From Candidatus Yonathbacteria bacterium RIFCSPLOWO2_01_FULL_47_33b (GTDB lineage Bacteria > Patescibacteriota > Minisyncoccia > Phycocordibacterales > UBA1550): DNA of 64,000 nt. The notes beneath the pieces are model-generated. The model was not told the DNA's origin, searched no databases, and was given only the letters and a program-made list of their open reading frames with translations. Positions 8,929-20,397 of this stretch are shown in pieces (the stretch's first letter is position 1; each line of letters opens with the position of its first letter). The position numbers and the translations under genes were made by a program. The DNA lies in NCBI GenBank assembly GCA_001823575.1, contig MHUW01000007.1:24223-88222 (forward strand), given 5' to 3'.

Positions 8929-10983
8929 CTACCTTTTCTTTTTTGTCGTTGCCTTCTTTTTGGCCGGTGCGATGCCGAGCTTTTCTTGGAGGGCGAGGAT
9001 TTCGTCGCGGAGGATGGCGGCGGTTTCAAAGTCGAGGTCTTTGACGGCGTCGGACATCTCCTCCTCCTTAAGCTTGATGAGTTTCTGTGGATCTTTGGCA
9101 AATATTTCCGTATCAATATCGAGGTTCATTTTTACTGCCTTCATATGGTCAGTATCAAGGTGCTCGGTGATGTCTTGAATCTTTTTGATGATGGTTTGAG
9201 GAGTGATGCCGTGCTCGGTGTTGTAGGCAACCTGAATGGCGCGACGGCGATTGGTCTCTCCTACGGCACGCTCAATAGAACCCGTAAGGTTGTCAGCATA
9301 AAGAATGACGCGCCCGAGGACATTACGCGCCGCGCGACCAATGATTTGAATGAGGGATGTTTCAGAACGAAGGAAGCCCTCTTTGTCCGCATCAAGCACT
9401 CCAATGAGGGTCACCTCGGGAAGGTCGAGCCCTTCGCGGAGAAGGTTCACACCCACGAGGCAGTCGAAGGTTCCCTTACGAAATGCGGTAAGGATTTGAA
9501 TACGCTCGATGGTCTTGATGTCACTATGCAAATATTCAGCCTTAATTCCCTCCCCCTTTAGATACTCCGAAAGATCCTCAGCCATTTTTTTGGTGAGGGT
9601 GGTGGCAATGACACGACCACCTTTTTTAACCGCCTTTTTTGTTTCAGCAATGAAGTCTTGAACTTGCCCGAGGTACTTTCCTTTTTCTTGAATGGGGCGT
9701 ATGGAAATTTCAGGATCAATGAGACCCGTTGGGCGAATGATTTGCTCTACCACTTGCTTGCTCGTCTCGCGCTCGTGGTTAGCTGGTGTTGCTGAAGTGT
9801 AGATGACCTGCCCCACACGCTCGTTGAACTCTTCAAAACGAAGCGGACGGTTATCTTGCGCGCTGGGTAGACGGAAGCCAAATTCGACGAGCGTCTTCTT
9901 GCGCGACTGATCGCCCGCGTACATACCACCAATTTGTGGAATGGTTACGTGCGACTCATCGATGATGGTCAGAAAGTCCGGTTTGCCGTCTTTGGTTTTT
10001 GGGAAATACGAAAGAAGTGTATCAGGCGCAGACCCTTGTGCACGACCTGACATATGGCGCGAATAGTTTTCAATACCATTGCAGTATCCCATCTCACGAA
10101 TCATCGCGAGGTCGTAGGTAGTACGGCGCTTGATACGTTCAGCTTCTAGAAGCTTTCCCTCTTTTTCAAATTTCTTGAGTTGGGTTCCAAGCTCGGCTTT
10201 GATAGCCTTGATAGCGCGCTCCTTCTCTGCCTTGTTGGTAATAAAATGCTTTGCGGGGAAAATAAAAATATTTGATTCATCACCAACGATACGTTGTGAC
10301 ACAGGGTCTACTTTTTGTATCGAAACAATACTATCGGTGCCGAGCGTGATACTCCAAATCATTTTTTCTGATACTGGCATGATCTCGAGAAGTGAGCCAA
10401 TAGAACGAAACGTGCCTGGCGTGAGGTCAGCGTTGGTGCGTTCGAAATGTATCGCAATGAGTTTCTTCATCAGCTCCTTGCGGTCAATTTTTTGCCCTGC
10501 GGCAAGCTTCAGATTTTCTTTTTCATATTCTGCCGGTGAACCCAAACCGTAGATACAGGAAACCGACGCAACGATGATGACGTCTTTCCGCGTGAGGAGC
10601 GCTTGTGTTGAAGCATGGCGCAAGCGGTCAATCTCGTCATTGATCTGCACATCCTTCTCAATGTAGGTGTCGGTTACAGGCATATATGCCTCTGGCTGAT
10701 AGTAGTCATAGTAGGAAACGAAATAATGCACCGCATTGTCAGGGAAAAACTCCTTGTACTCCTGCGCAAGCTGAGCTGCGAGGGTTTTGTTGTGCGCAAT
10801 AACGAGCGTCGGCTTACCAACTGCCGCAATCACATTGGCAGCGGTAAAAGTCTTGCCCGAGCCCGTGACGCCAAGGAGCGTCTGCCGGTCGTACCCCTTT
10901 TTGAGGCCCTCGAGAAGCTTCTTGATGGCAAGAGGCTGGTCCCCCGCTGGTGGCCACTCTGATTTGAGATTGAATACAGACAT
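8929..10983 (-). CDS. uvrB: excinuclease ABC subunit B
   Basis: GVTGSGKT, YFVSYYDYYQPEAY, DESH, GRAARN, C-terminal UVR domain. Confidence 0.97.
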   Translation of the reverse strand: MSVFNLKSEWPPAGDQPLAIKKLLEGLKKGYDRQTLLGVTGSGKTFTAANVIAAVGKPTLVIAHNKTLAAQLAQEYKEFFPDNAVHYFVSYYDYYQPEAYMPVTDTYIEKDVQINDEIDRLRHASTQALLTRKDVIIVASVSCIYGLGSPAEYEKENLKLAAGQKIDRKELMKKLIAIHFERTNADLTPGTFRSIGSLLEIMPVSEKMIWSITLGTDSIVSIQKVDPVSQRIVGDESNIFIFPAKHFITNKAEKERAIKAIKAELGTQLKKFEKEGKLLEAERIKRRTTYDLAMIREMGYCNGIENYSRHMSGRAQGSAPDTLLSYFPKTKDGKPDFLTIIDESHVTIPQIGGMYAGDQSRKKTLVEFGFRLPSAQDNRPLRFEEFNERVGQVIYTSATPANHERETSKQVVEQIIRPTGLIDPEISIRPIQEKGKYLGQVQDFIAETKKAVKKGGRVIATTLTKKMAEDLSEYLKGEGIKAEYLHSDIKTIERIQILTAFRKGTFDCLVGVNLLREGLDLPEVTLIGVLDADKEGFLRSETSLIQIIGRAARNVLGRVILYADNLTGSIERAVGETNRRRAIQVAYNTEHGITPQTIIKKIQDITEHLDTDHMKAVKMNLDIDTEIFAKDPQKLIKLKEEEMSDAVKDLDFETAAILRDEILALQEKLGIAPAKKKATTKKKR

Positions 10984-11045
10984 GCTTGACAATATAGCAT
11001 ATAATGGTATTTTTGGTAGCAGATTACTTTAAAAGGAGGGGCACC

Positions 11046-11321
11046 ATGTGTAAGGAATGCGAAAAGAGGGCAACCACCATGCGCTCAGGGCCCCTCAAAA
11101 GGCACATAAGCAGTATCTCGAGTGCTACCATCGAAGAGCTCTGTCAGTGGTTTAGGGCAGGGCAAATCGATATCGTTGAGGTTAACTTTGAGGCCGAGGA
11201 TATTACTGTCACCATTGGTCTTGAAAGCGAGATTGCTATGCTTGAAGCAGCATTGTTGATACCATATCGTCCTTCTCGAGATGCAAAGCTCGAGGAGCTT
11301 ATCACAGGGCTTATAAAATAA
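11046..11321 (+). CDS. hypothetical protein (N-terminal CxxC)
   Basis: AGGAGG SD before ATG 11046, TTGACA upstream, terminator 11330-11358. Confidence 0.6.
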   Translation: MCKECEKRATTMRSGPLKRHISSISSATIEELCQWFRAGQIDIVEVNFEAEDITVTIGLESEIAMLEAALLIPYRPSRDAKLEELITGLIK

Positions 11322-11430
11322 ATTGTTTTAACCGGCAGAGTAATATCTGCCGGTTTTTGTTTTGACAAAGTACCATAAAGTGATAGGCTTGGAAAAGATT
11401 TTCCTCTACTTGATCTGAAGGGAGTACGTT

Positions 11431-11790
11431 ATGAATGAAGCAAAGCGATACTATACGGAATTGCTCTCTTTTGGCCAATGGGAGATTAACCTCTTGTCTT
11501 TCTCAAAGGTGTATCCACGAAATTGTGTGGTGGAGATTTCTTTTCCCCTAGAACCTCTCGCTCGGGAAGTGCGGTATCGAGGCGAAGTCTTTCCAAAAGG
11601 GTTAATTTTGCGACGAAGCTTAAAGTTTTTTGTTACCCTTGATGTAGGGGAAGATGATGCCCTAAGCACCCATATTAATGGAGACACGATGTACTTCGTT
11701 AATCTCCCTAAAGAACTTCGTCACGTAATTCTAAGGGAAGTACTGGGACCAGAGTACCCAAGAGATAAGATGGCATTCAAAAAAGACTAA
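11431..11790 (+). CDS. hypothetical protein
   Basis: TTGACA promoter, GGGAG SD, terminator 11803-11836. Confidence 0.65.
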   Translation: MNEAKRYYTELLSFGQWEINLLSFSKVYPRNCVVEISFPLEPLAREVRYRGEVFPKGLILRRSLKFFVTLDVGEDDALSTHINGDTMYFVNLPKELRHVILREVLGPEYPRDKMAFKKD

Positions 11791-11834
11791 TCAAATAATC
11801 AAATAGCCAGTAATCATTATATTGATACTGGCTA

Positions 11835-13076
<1,242 letters not shown>

Positions 13077-13166
13077 TCACTCTAGCATCCTTGACGCACT
13101 TCGTAAACGTTGATAGGATAACGTCAGAAATTTTGTATTCATTGAAACACTCACAAGGAGTATAAA

Positions 13167-13703
13167 ATGTCACTCAATATTATTGCTGCAGCAGGAAAAG
13201 GTAACTATGTTATTTGGGTGAACGGTGACCTCCCGTGGCCAAAACTTCCCAGCGATATGAAGAATTTTCGAAATCTTACGATAGGGCACCCCGTCGTCAT
13301 GGGACGAAAAACGTGGGATTCCCTGCTTGAAGAGTACCGACCACTTCCGGGTCGTGAGAATATCGTTCTCACTCGTAATACTTCTTCGGTAAAAATCAAC
13401 AAAGGGCAAGTGATCGTTCACAAAAATATCGACATGATTCTCGAAATCGCAAAGACTGAAGAAGTTTTCGTGATTGGCGGGGCAGAAATTTACAAGTTGT
13501 TCATGCCCCACACAAGTACTATTTACCTGACATTTGTCTGGGGGGACTTTCAAGGAGACACTTGTTTTCCACCGATTTACATGAGCGATTGGCTTCTGAA
13601 GAGCAAAGAATATTGTTCAAAGGGAGGTGACCCTCATATTCTTACCTTTTGCAAATTTATTCGAAGAGCCAAACCGCCTTGTAATGTGGGTTCAACGTAC
13701 TAG
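13167..13703 (+). CDS. folA: dihydrofolate reductase
   Basis: LPWPKLPSDMKNF, VVMGRKTWDS, RPLPGRENIVLTR, VIGGAEIY, GDTCFP. Confidence 0.92.
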   Translation: MSLNIIAAAGKGNYVIWVNGDLPWPKLPSDMKNFRNLTIGHPVVMGRKTWDSLLEEYRPLPGRENIVLTRNTSSVKINKGQVIVHKNIDMILEIAKTEEVFVIGGAEIYKLFMPHTSTIYLTFVWGDFQGDTCFPPIYMSDWLLKSKEYCSKGGDPHILTFCKFIRRAKPPCNVGSTY

Positions 13704-13704
13704 T

Positions 13705-13732
13705 AAAAACCCCGCACGTGTGCGGGGTTTTT
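13705..13732. terminator. bidirectional terminator
   Basis: AAAAACCCCGCAC-gt-GTGCGGGGTTTTT. Confidence 0.75.
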
Positions 13733-13744
13733 TATATTACTCAT

Positions 13745-14578
13745 TTAGTAGTGCCTGCGCGCATACGCGAGCGCCCCATAGAGTCCGCCAAAGTCACCGA
13801 GTTCAGCTTTCTCTATTGCGGGAAGCGTGGGGAATATTTTCATAATATCCTCAAGGTGTTTTTTGACGAGGGGCACAGGAATACCGATGTCCTTCATCAT
13901 TGAACCACCAAGAACAATGACGTCGGGCGACCAATGCACGATAGTGTTATTGAGTCCGTAGGCAAGGTAGAGTGCGAGCTTATCCCAGACCGCTGGGTCA
14001 TGGATTTCAAAAGGCTTCATGCCGTAGCGTTTTTCAATAGCTGTCCCAGACACATATGCCTCGAGATCGTTTCCGTCGCACTCTGGGCATAAGGTATTAT
14101 CGGGGTCGATGATTTGATGTCCGGGCTCAAAACCAACCGCCGTTTCATCAATAGTTCCGTCGATAATACGCGCACCGCCGACACCCGTGCTCACCGTAAT
14201 GTATGCAACAATATTATTGCCACGCCCAGCGCCAAAATGTGCCTCACCTAACCCTACGAGTGCAGCGTCGTTCTCGAGCACGATTGGGGCCTTGTATACT
14301 TCACGGAGAGCGTTTTTGATATCATGACCGACCCACCCTCCCAGGTTGGGACTCCTTACCAGCATCGTGTTCTCTTTATCAAGCGGCCCCGCAATACCGC
14401 CAACGATTGCCGTGACAGGAGCCTCGTGTTCGAGATTGTCGATGATACGTTTTAGCGTCGCAAGTCCTTCCTCAAAATCTTTTGGTGTTGAAACCACGAC
14501 TGGTTCGCCGATGAATTTATCGCGGTTCGCCGCCACGACCCTCATTTTTGTTCCTCCGATATCAAATAAAATATACAT
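13745..14578 (-). CDS. ROK family sugar kinase (glucokinase-like)
   Basis: FDIGGTK, LENDA, STGVGGA, EPGH, GLYGA. Confidence 0.9.
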   Translation of the reverse strand: MYILFDIGGTKMRVVAANRDKFIGEPVVVSTPKDFEEGLATLKRIIDNLEHEAPVTAIVGGIAGPLDKENTMLVRSPNLGGWVGHDIKNALREVYKAPIVLENDAALVGLGEAHFGAGRGNNIVAYITVSTGVGGARIIDGTIDETAVGFEPGHQIIDPDNTLCPECDGNDLEAYVSGTAIEKRYGMKPFEIHDPAVWDKLALYLAYGLNNTIVHWSPDVIVLGGSMMKDIGIPVPLVKKHLEDIMKIFPTLPAIEKAELGDFGGLYGALAYARRHY

Positions 14579-14589
14579 ACTGTTTGTAA

Positions 14590-15219
14590 TTACTGAATTA
14601 AAATTGCTCGCGCTGGCGCCCCATCGACATCCCCAAGTTTCAAGGGAAGTCCAATAAAAGTATAATTACCCGCGGGGGCCTTTGAAAGATCGAGTCCTTC
14701 AAAAATAACAATACCCTTTTTCAAGAGCGAGAGGTGTGGTCGGTGGTCTGAACCACCACGCTTTTTAACAGAGAGAGAATCAATACCAAAAAGCGTAATT
14801 CCTTTTTTAACCAAATAGTCTGCGGCGTCACCGTCTAGATATATGTAGTCATCGTAAAATGTTTTAAACCCTCGTTTTGAATTACGGGTTTTTACGAGGA
14901 TACGCTCCCCTTTTTTGATGCGAAACAGCTCAAGGTCTCCTGTCGTGATGGCTTCTTTTGCTTTGGTTAGATCGAGCACACGACATTTCCCCACATAGTG
15001 CATGAGGGGGATTTTGTTCAATCCTTTACCGTCCTTAAAAACATGGCGAGGTGCATCGATGTGGGTCCCGGTGTGGGTGCCAATCGTCAATATTGAACGC
15101 GATGATGTTGGACCAGAAGCGTCCTCAATCGTAAACGGAGGATTATCGGGGTACGTAATCATCCCCTCTTCAAGCGAGAGCGATATGTCAATTGTTTTTT
15201 TAGGCTCAAAATTACTCAT
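14590..15219 (-). CDS. cyclase family (kynurenine formamidase-like) metal hydrolase
   Basis: HTGTHIDAPRH motif, GIDSLS, DGAPARAIL. Confidence 0.9.
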   Translation of the reverse strand: MSNFEPKKTIDISLSLEEGMITYPDNPPFTIEDASGPTSSRSILTIGTHTGTHIDAPRHVFKDGKGLNKIPLMHYVGKCRVLDLTKAKEAITTGDLELFRIKKGERILVKTRNSKRGFKTFYDDYIYLDGDAADYLVKKGITLFGIDSLSVKKRGGSDHRPHLSLLKKGIVIFEGLDLSKAPAGNYTFIGLPLKLGDVDGAPARAILIQ

Positions 15220-16120
15220 GCTCTTTTTTTACTGAATGTCCGCCGAACTGATTACGGAGCGCTGAGACAACTTGCCCTGTATAACTTGGGTTTGATTGTG
15301 ACTCCTCGCGGAACTTGAGCGACCCTTCTATAATAGGTACGGGGACGCCGAACTCCTTGGCTGTTTCGACCGTCCACAAACCCTCACCGCTGTGCGAAAC
15401 CTTTCCTGAAATGACATCAAGGCCCTCGCCGTATTCTTTGAAAGCGCTTTCTGCCCAGCCAACGAGACGTGACTCAATGACGCTTTGGTGATTGTAGAGG
15501 TTTGCAACACGCTCAAGGTCGAGATTAAAAGGAGATTTTTTCATCACCTCAAATCCCTCACCAATCGCTTGCATCATGCCGTACTCAATACCATTGTGTA
15601 CCATTTTTACAAAATGTCCCGCGCCTGCTTTGCCAAAGTATGCATACCCATCCTTTACAGAAATATCCCTAAAGAGTTCCTCGTAGCGGTCAAAGATTTC
15701 TTTTCCACCCCCCACCATCGTGCAGGCACCCTCGCGTGCGCCACCAGGGCCACCACTCGTGCCCGCATCAAGAAAATGAATTCCTTTTTTGGTGAGCTCG
15801 TCCGCGTGACGCATTGAATTTTTGTAAAAAGAATTGCCGCCGTCAATAACGGTGTCGCCCTCGCTCAATAAGGGTACGAGTTCGGCAAGAACATCATCAA
15901 CGGCCTGATGGGGCACCATGAGCCACACAAGGCGCGGGGACGCGAGTTTCTCGACGACCTCGGCAAGTGTGTATGCCGGGATTGCGCCTTTTTCTGCGAC
16001 CTCCTCAGTGGCAGCGGGTGTTCTGTTGAACGCGACCACTCCCCACCCTTTTCCAAGGAGGTTTTCTACCATCCCCTTGCCCATCTTTCCCAAACCAATA
16101 TACCCAATCGTTTTTGCCAT
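15212..16120 (-). CDS. gnd: 6-phosphogluconate dehydrogenase (short decarboxylating type)
   Basis: IGLGKMG, IDGGNS, GHFVKMVHNGIEYG, ALRNQFGGH. Confidence 0.95.
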   Translation of the reverse strand: MAKTIGYIGLGKMGKGMVENLLGKGWGVVAFNRTPAATEEVAEKGAIPAYTLAEVVEKLASPRLVWLMVPHQAVDDVLAELVPLLSEGDTVIDGGNSFYKNSMRHADELTKKGIHFLDAGTSGGPGGAREGACTMVGGGKEIFDRYEELFRDISVKDGYAYFGKAGAGHFVKMVHNGIEYGMMQAIGEGFEVMKKSPFNLDLERVANLYNHQSVIESRLVGWAESAFKEYGEGLDVISGKVSHSGEGLWTVETAKEFGVPVPIIEGSLKFREESQSNPSYTGQVVSALRNQFGGHSVKKEHE

Positions 16121-16137
16121 AATACCCCTATTGTACG

Positions 16138-17577
16138 CTAAATTGACGATAAATCCACTTGCGGGCCCTTGCTTCCCTGTGCGTATGGGTGGAGCGGCGT
16201 ATTTTCCCAGAGTTCAAGGATTGGCGTAATAAATTGCCATGCCGCAGAGACCTCTTCCGTGCTTGCAAAAAGAATCTGGTCGCCCGCAATACCGTCGAAC
16301 AGTACTTTTTCGTAAGCATCGGCGAGACGTGACCCTTCGGGGATGTTTCTGTACGAGAACGAAAGCTCCTTTGGTTCGAGATCGAGCGAGAGTCCGGGTT
16401 TCTTTGCCCAAAAAAGAATAGATATTTTTTCGTCCGGCTGTATTCTAAAGGTAAGAATATTTTGGTGATGATGTTCGGTGCCTGGTGGACAGAGGCACGA
16501 GGTTGTCTTCTTGAAATATATTTTGATCTCAGTTTTATCTTCATCAAGCGCCTTGCCGCTTTCGAGATAAAATGGGACACCTTGCCAGCGGTCGTTGTCG
16601 ATGAATGTTTTAATGCGGAAAAAAGTTTCTGTTTGAGAGGCAGCGTCAACAGACGGTGTTTCCTTGTATCCCTCGTATTGTCCTCGCACAAGGAGTGCCC
16701 CCGCGGTGTCAGAGTTTACTGGACGAAGTGACTCAAGTACGCGCGCGCGTTCGGTGCGAATACGCAAAGCATCAAGTTCTATAGGGTCCTCCATGGCAAT
16801 AAACGCGAGCATTTGAAGTAAATGGTTTTGGCCTACATCGCGGAGCGCACCAATGCCATCATAAAAGGCGCCACGGCTGTCCACCCCCTTTTTTTCACTG
16901 AGGGTGAGCTCCACGCGCTCAATATAGTCCTTGTTCCAAAGCGGTTCAAAGAGAGTGTTTGAAAAGCGGAACATCAAAATATCCTGAAGCGCTTCTTTGG
17001 CAAGGTAGTGGTCGATACGGAATATTTGCTCCTCTTTAAAAAGACTTCCGAGGACTTGATCAAGCTCTTGCGCGGTCGAGACGTCGTTACCAAATGGTTT
17101 TTCAACCAAAATGCGCGTCCAGCCCGTTTCATCACTGCATGGTTTGCTAAGGTCAGAAGCGGCGAGCTGTTCAAAGATTCCTTTGTAGTACGCCGGAGGC
17201 ACGGCAAGATAAAAAAGTTTGTTGGTGCATTGACCAAACAAACGCTCCTCATGGTCGAGCACCCCCTTAAGCCTCTCGTAGCTCTCCTTGTCGTCAAATG
17301 TTCCCTGTGTGTATGAAATGTGGGAAAGAAACTCCTCAAGAATATCCTCTTTTTGAGAAGCAGTCCTTTCGATAATCGAGTTCTTTGCGATATCTCGGTA
17401 TTCTTCGTGAGAGAACCCTCGACGTGACATTCCAACAATCTTAAACGAAAAAGGAAGATATCCGTTTTGAAAAAGGTCAAAAAGTGCGGGAATAAGTTTG
17501 CGAGTAGCGAGGTCGCCGGTGGCACCAAATATCGTGATAATGGTTGGCGGCGGAGTTACTTCTGTGGAGTTTACCAT
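16138..17577 (-). CDS. zwf: glucose-6-phosphate 1-dehydrogenase
   Basis: IFGATGDLA, EKPFG, RIDHYLAKE, RDVGQNHL; start MVNST at 17577. Confidence 0.96.
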   Translation of the reverse strand: MVNSTEVTPPPTIITIFGATGDLATRKLIPALFDLFQNGYLPFSFKIVGMSRRGFSHEEYRDIAKNSIIERTASQKEDILEEFLSHISYTQGTFDDKESYERLKGVLDHEERLFGQCTNKLFYLAVPPAYYKGIFEQLAASDLSKPCSDETGWTRILVEKPFGNDVSTAQELDQVLGSLFKEEQIFRIDHYLAKEALQDILMFRFSNTLFEPLWNKDYIERVELTLSEKKGVDSRGAFYDGIGALRDVGQNHLLQMLAFIAMEDPIELDALRIRTERARVLESLRPVNSDTAGALLVRGQYEGYKETPSVDAASQTETFFRIKTFIDNDRWQGVPFYLESGKALDEDKTEIKIYFKKTTSCLCPPGTEHHHQNILTFRIQPDEKISILFWAKKPGLSLDLEPKELSFSYRNIPEGSRLADAYEKVLFDGIAGDQILFASTEEVSAAWQFITPILELWENTPLHPYAQGSKGPQVDLSSI

Positions 17578-17585
17578 ACCCAAGA

Positions 17586-17678
17586 GTATACCCCCACACC
17601 TACTTTTTGTATAGTTTGTATGGTTTCCTAGAAGTACTTGTTGAATATTTTTATATAAAAGTAGGTGTGGGGGTATAC
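17586..17678. repeat. inverted-repeat element copy 1 (22-bp perfect arms)
   Basis: GTATACCCCCACACCTACTTTT (17586-17607) / AAAAGTAGGTGTGGGGGTATAC (17657-17678). Confidence 0.85.
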
Positions 17679-17683
17679 CTTTT

Positions 17684-19678
17684 TTACTCTTCTTGATAAA
17701 GAGGGTTGCATTTGAGGCAGACACCAAGTTCTTGGAGACGGTTCAAGTACCCAACGACCGTGGTGACGTATTCCGAGTGACTCCACGTGAGCGGCGTTGC
17801 CGAGAGTTGCTCGCCTGTGTAGGGGTGGATTTGTTCTGAAAGAACGCCCGAAAGCGAAGCATGTTTAACGGTCCATGCGAGCCATTTGTGTACAGGAGCA
17901 AAATCAGCTTCGTTCTTTGCACGGGCAATATAATATTTTGCGAGCCAAAGGGTGGTAATGATCCAAGGGTTCCCCGGGATGCCGCCTGCTGAACGGAAAT
18001 AATAGTCCCCTTCATATCGCGCAACGCCTGAGACCTCTGTTTTGCAAACGAGGCGATCTTCAACTTGTTTGATTGCGCGGGCGAGGCGTGGGTCATCGAT
18101 GTCGAGCACACCGTACGCAAAGACACCGTACACACTCGACATATCAAGTGTCTTGTCATAGGTAATCGTTCCATCATCTGCCACGTTGAGCATTTTTACA
18201 AAAATCCCCTGCGTGTCATCATAGAGGTACGTCAGCATTGCCTGTCGAATCTCAAAAGCAGCAGTATTGTATGTTTGCTCGCTTTTTTCTTTGCCGAGAA
18301 GTTTTGCGAATTTTGCCGCTGCTATAAGTGCACCATATACGGTCGATACCGTAAACGTGTGAATGCCGAATTTCTCTTCCCAGAGATCGTACGAGGCTTT
18401 GGGGAGGCGTGTTTTTGGATCACGATACTCCACCATGAAATCAGCAGCTTTTTTAACGAGGCTGTTGTATATCTGCTCGACAAACTCGAGGTCTTTGGAT
18501 TGCGCATAGTGGCGCCACAGCGCGACGACAACCAGTGCCGTTTCATCTTCTTGAATAGGGAGTTCGATTTTCCCTCCACGCATCCACGGATGCCACGAGC
18601 TTCCGAGTGAACCGTCAGAGCGGTATTTATGCATAAGGTACCCCTCATCACTAAGGGCGTCATTGCAGAAGAGGAAAAACCGTTCAGAGACATTGAAATC
18701 CCCTGCCATATCAAAGGCCATCGCCGAGAGTGCGCCGTCGCGGGGCCACATGTAGCTGTACGTGTCGCGTCCATTTTGGAGCATGTCTGAGTCGGCGGAA
18801 GCAAGTATTGCTCCGCGGTTGTCGGCATGGGTGCGTATCATCAAGAGCGATCTTTTAAAAAGAGTCGCCTCGTCCTCGGTGAGTCCATAAAAGTTAAAAT
18901 TGTACTTGTTGACCCATGCACGCCAAAAGTCATGCGTGGTACGCATAAGGTGTCCAGGCTTGCGCTCAAGGGTGTACGTGTTGAGTGCCAAGGCCTCTTT
19001 GATGGATTCTGCTGCTGCAATCCAATAGTGAATCGTTTTTTCTTCCCCGGGACCAAGATCAAGATAAAAACCAATCACGGAGTCCGAAGGGCCATGCTCG
19101 ATAAGATTTTTGGACAAGGCACCGTCCTCGGCGTCTTTAAAGCTACCTTCCTTTCCCTCTATTTTGAAAATACCTGTCGTATAATCGTCAAAACTCCCTT
19201 TATCTGAAATACCGTTAATGAGGAAGACACGCCTGCCGTTATAGTGAATTACAACATGGTTAATGGGGTCAAAATACGAAGTATCTCCACGGTGTGACTC
19301 GTAGATCTCGAACTCGTGATTAAAGAAAAGTTTTACCGTGCGGGCACGATCGGTCTCATTTTTTACCGTCACCGCACGCAAGAAAATATTTTTTTCATTG
19401 TATACCGTATCCGAGAGATGAAGGGTTACTCCGAGAGTATCGTTTTTTGCGGTGGTTTCACCAACGAGCGACTCTCTTGCTGAGCCGATTTTGATATCCC
19501 AATTGGGGTTGTCGAACCAGTTGAGCTGATAGTCAACGTAGACACCAACACGATGCGTAAAGTGTCCACCAATATGATTTTCAAGCCCTACGTACGGAAA
19601 GTAAAAGTCACGAACCTGCGCTCGCTTGTCTGTGCAGACGAGAATATTTCCGTTACCGAGTGAAAGGGACTTGGGCAT
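17684..19678 (-). CDS. glycoside hydrolase family 15 (glucoamylase-like)
   Basis: YSYMWPRDG, QEDET, DLWEE, LSEQ, PLTWSHSE. Confidence 0.9.
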   Translation of the reverse strand: MPKSLSLGNGNILVCTDKRAQVRDFYFPYVGLENHIGGHFTHRVGVYVDYQLNWFDNPNWDIKIGSARESLVGETTAKNDTLGVTLHLSDTVYNEKNIFLRAVTVKNETDRARTVKLFFNHEFEIYESHRGDTSYFDPINHVVIHYNGRRVFLINGISDKGSFDDYTTGIFKIEGKEGSFKDAEDGALSKNLIEHGPSDSVIGFYLDLGPGEEKTIHYWIAAAESIKEALALNTYTLERKPGHLMRTTHDFWRAWVNKYNFNFYGLTEDEATLFKRSLLMIRTHADNRGAILASADSDMLQNGRDTYSYMWPRDGALSAMAFDMAGDFNVSERFFLFCNDALSDEGYLMHKYRSDGSLGSSWHPWMRGGKIELPIQEDETALVVVALWRHYAQSKDLEFVEQIYNSLVKKAADFMVEYRDPKTRLPKASYDLWEEKFGIHTFTVSTVYGALIAAAKFAKLLGKEKSEQTYNTAAFEIRQAMLTYLYDDTQGIFVKMLNVADDGTITYDKTLDMSSVYGVFAYGVLDIDDPRLARAIKQVEDRLVCKTEVSGVARYEGDYYFRSAGGIPGNPWIITTLWLAKYYIARAKNEADFAPVHKWLAWTVKHASLSGVLSEQIHPYTGEQLSATPLTWSHSEYVTTVVGYLNRLQELGVCLKCNPLYQEE

Positions 19679-19782
19679 GTTTACATTATAGAAAAAACCG
19701 CGCTTGAATACAATACTAAGATGCCGTATTTGTGTATAATTTCCCCCACAACACCACCGTGGCGTATCTGTATCCTTGTTCA

Positions 19783-19822
19783 TCATCACAGAGTTGTATC
19801 TATAGATACAACTCTGTGATGA
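19783..19822. repeat. 40-bp perfect palindrome downstream of PaaX/Cas2-like gene
   Basis: TCATCACAGAGTTGTATCTA|TAGATACAACTCTGTGATGA. Confidence 0.95.
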
Positions 19823-19839
19823 CTTAGAATATTTTTGGA

Positions 19840-20388
19840 TTATATCCTAAAATATTCTTTGAGTTCACTCACACCCTCAATTTCTTTTGCCTTAATATAA
19901 ATAATGTTATCTCGCACGCCAAAAAATTCTCCAACAAAATCAATCTCATTCTTGCAAAGATAGGGCGACACAAAAACAGATTTCTGGATTGGATAAAGAC
20001 CCAGTTCTTTTATCTTTCGACTCACAGCACTACGAGATCGTCTTTTTGATTCTGGTATATCGAACATCACAATCCGCCACCATCCATCCCACTTCTTTGG
20101 CACATTAAGTTTCAATTCATCAAGGTTATATTCAAGAACTTTTTTCTTTCCTGCCTTAGTAATCTCGATAACCTCATTGCCATTCTTTGTGTATATATTT
20201 ACCAACTTATTTTTCTGGAGGCTTGTTAACGTGCGATTCACTCTGTATTTTTCCTTTACATTTTTGGGGTCAAAAAGCGGTATGATTTTAGTAAGTCCTG
20301 GCATTGCGAGGCATGCAACCAAAAGCCCCGTATTTGCAAGACCTATTAGTATTTCCTTCGCCAACTCACCGTGTTCATAATTTTTCAT
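19840..20388 (-). CDS. PaaX-like protein: wHTH plus Cas2-like ferredoxin-fold domain
   Basis: EITKAGKK wing, then WDGWWRIVMFDIPE..R and IQKSVFVSPY of the PaaX central/Cas2-like fold; AT-rich relative to neighbours. Confidence 0.8.
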   Translation of the reverse strand: MKNYEHGELAKEILIGLANTGLLVACLAMPGLTKIIPLFDPKNVKEKYRVNRTLTSLQKNKLVNIYTKNGNEVIEITKAGKKKVLEYNLDELKLNVPKKWDGWWRIVMFDIPESKRRSRSAVSRKIKELGLYPIQKSVFVSPYLCKNEIDFVGEFFGVRDNIIYIKAKEIEGVSELKEYFRI

Positions 20389-20397
20389 ATATTAAAT

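Noticed and set aside
17578-17727. Longer zwf start
   Set aside because: Runs through the inverted-repeat element and overlaps GH15; a -10 box sits just before ATG 17577.
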